Part shown: one piece after another, positions 63,881 to 64,000 of the stretch
Layout: the number at the start of each line of letters is the position of its first letter
Numbering within the stretch: the stretch's first letter is position 1
Virus record (IMG/VR): IMGVR_UViG_3300032233_001500
Location: 12,767 to 76,766 of that record
DNA from: a virus
Lineage: Duplodnaviria > Caudoviricetes
Strand: one strand, 5' to 3'
Length of the DNA stretch: 64,000 nt
Made by a program: the position numbers and the translations under genes
Notes under the pieces: model-generated
Told to the model about the DNA's origin: nothing
The model's database searches: none
The model's input: only the letters and a program-made list of their open reading frames with translations

Positions 63881-64000
63881 TCAGTCGTTTGTTGGGTGGT
63901 TTACAATTTGATCTTCAATTTGATTGGCAAGTTCATTCATCCATTCACGATCTTCGTCCTCTTCGTATTGTGCATTGTCCCGCACAATTTGTAACAGGAA
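63881..64000 (-). CDS. Acidic hypothetical protein, 5' end outside the window
   Basis: ...FLLQIVRDNAQYEEDEDREWMNELANQIEDQIVNHPTND*. Confidence 0.6.
   Translation of the reverse strand, partial: FLLQIVRDNAQYEEDEDREWMNELANQIEDQIVNHPTND

Noticed and set aside
1-64000. Stop-codon reassignment
   Set aside because: Very long ORFs translate intact in the standard code, and genes end properly with TAA, TGA and TAG
1-64000. tRNA, rRNA or tmRNA genes
   Set aside because: No cloverleaf, T-loop/CCA pattern or rRNA-like sequence recognised by eye; tRNAscan was not run

Overview
The window is about 64 kb of a T4-like (myovirus) cyanophage genome, AT-rich, with essentially all real genes on the minus strand. 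From 61.4 kb down to 1 it holds the late morphogenesis block: gp25-gp6-gp7-gp8 baseplate, a DUF4815/VrlC-like protein, cyanophage-specific structural genes, a 3256-aa tail fibre, gp13-gp14 neck, gp15, gp16, a modular 675-aa protein, an NblA-like ORF, gp17, gp18, gp19, gp20 and a coiled-coil/fibre fusion. T4-type late promoters ((N)ATAAATA or CTAAATA) sit in front of most of these genes. The stretch 61.4-64 kb is an early-type region of small acidic ORFs with sigma70 promoters and a repeat-rich non-coding gap of about 700 bp. The most striking observation is five phycobiliprotein-like domains, three nested inside baseplate gp7 and two nested inside the tail fibre. Each keeps a C-x-R-D motif like the alpha84/beta82 bilin-attachment site and a second Cys in a beta153-like C-terminal helix, which suggests possibly chromophorylated virion proteins. 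Other highlights are six cyanobacterial-type DnaA boxes (TTTTCCACA) with iteron-like repeats and an antisense sigma70 promoter in the non-coding gap, the NblA-like ORF beside the terminase gene, and a candidate protease-processed polyprotein. All family assignments come from motif recognition by eye; no searches were run.
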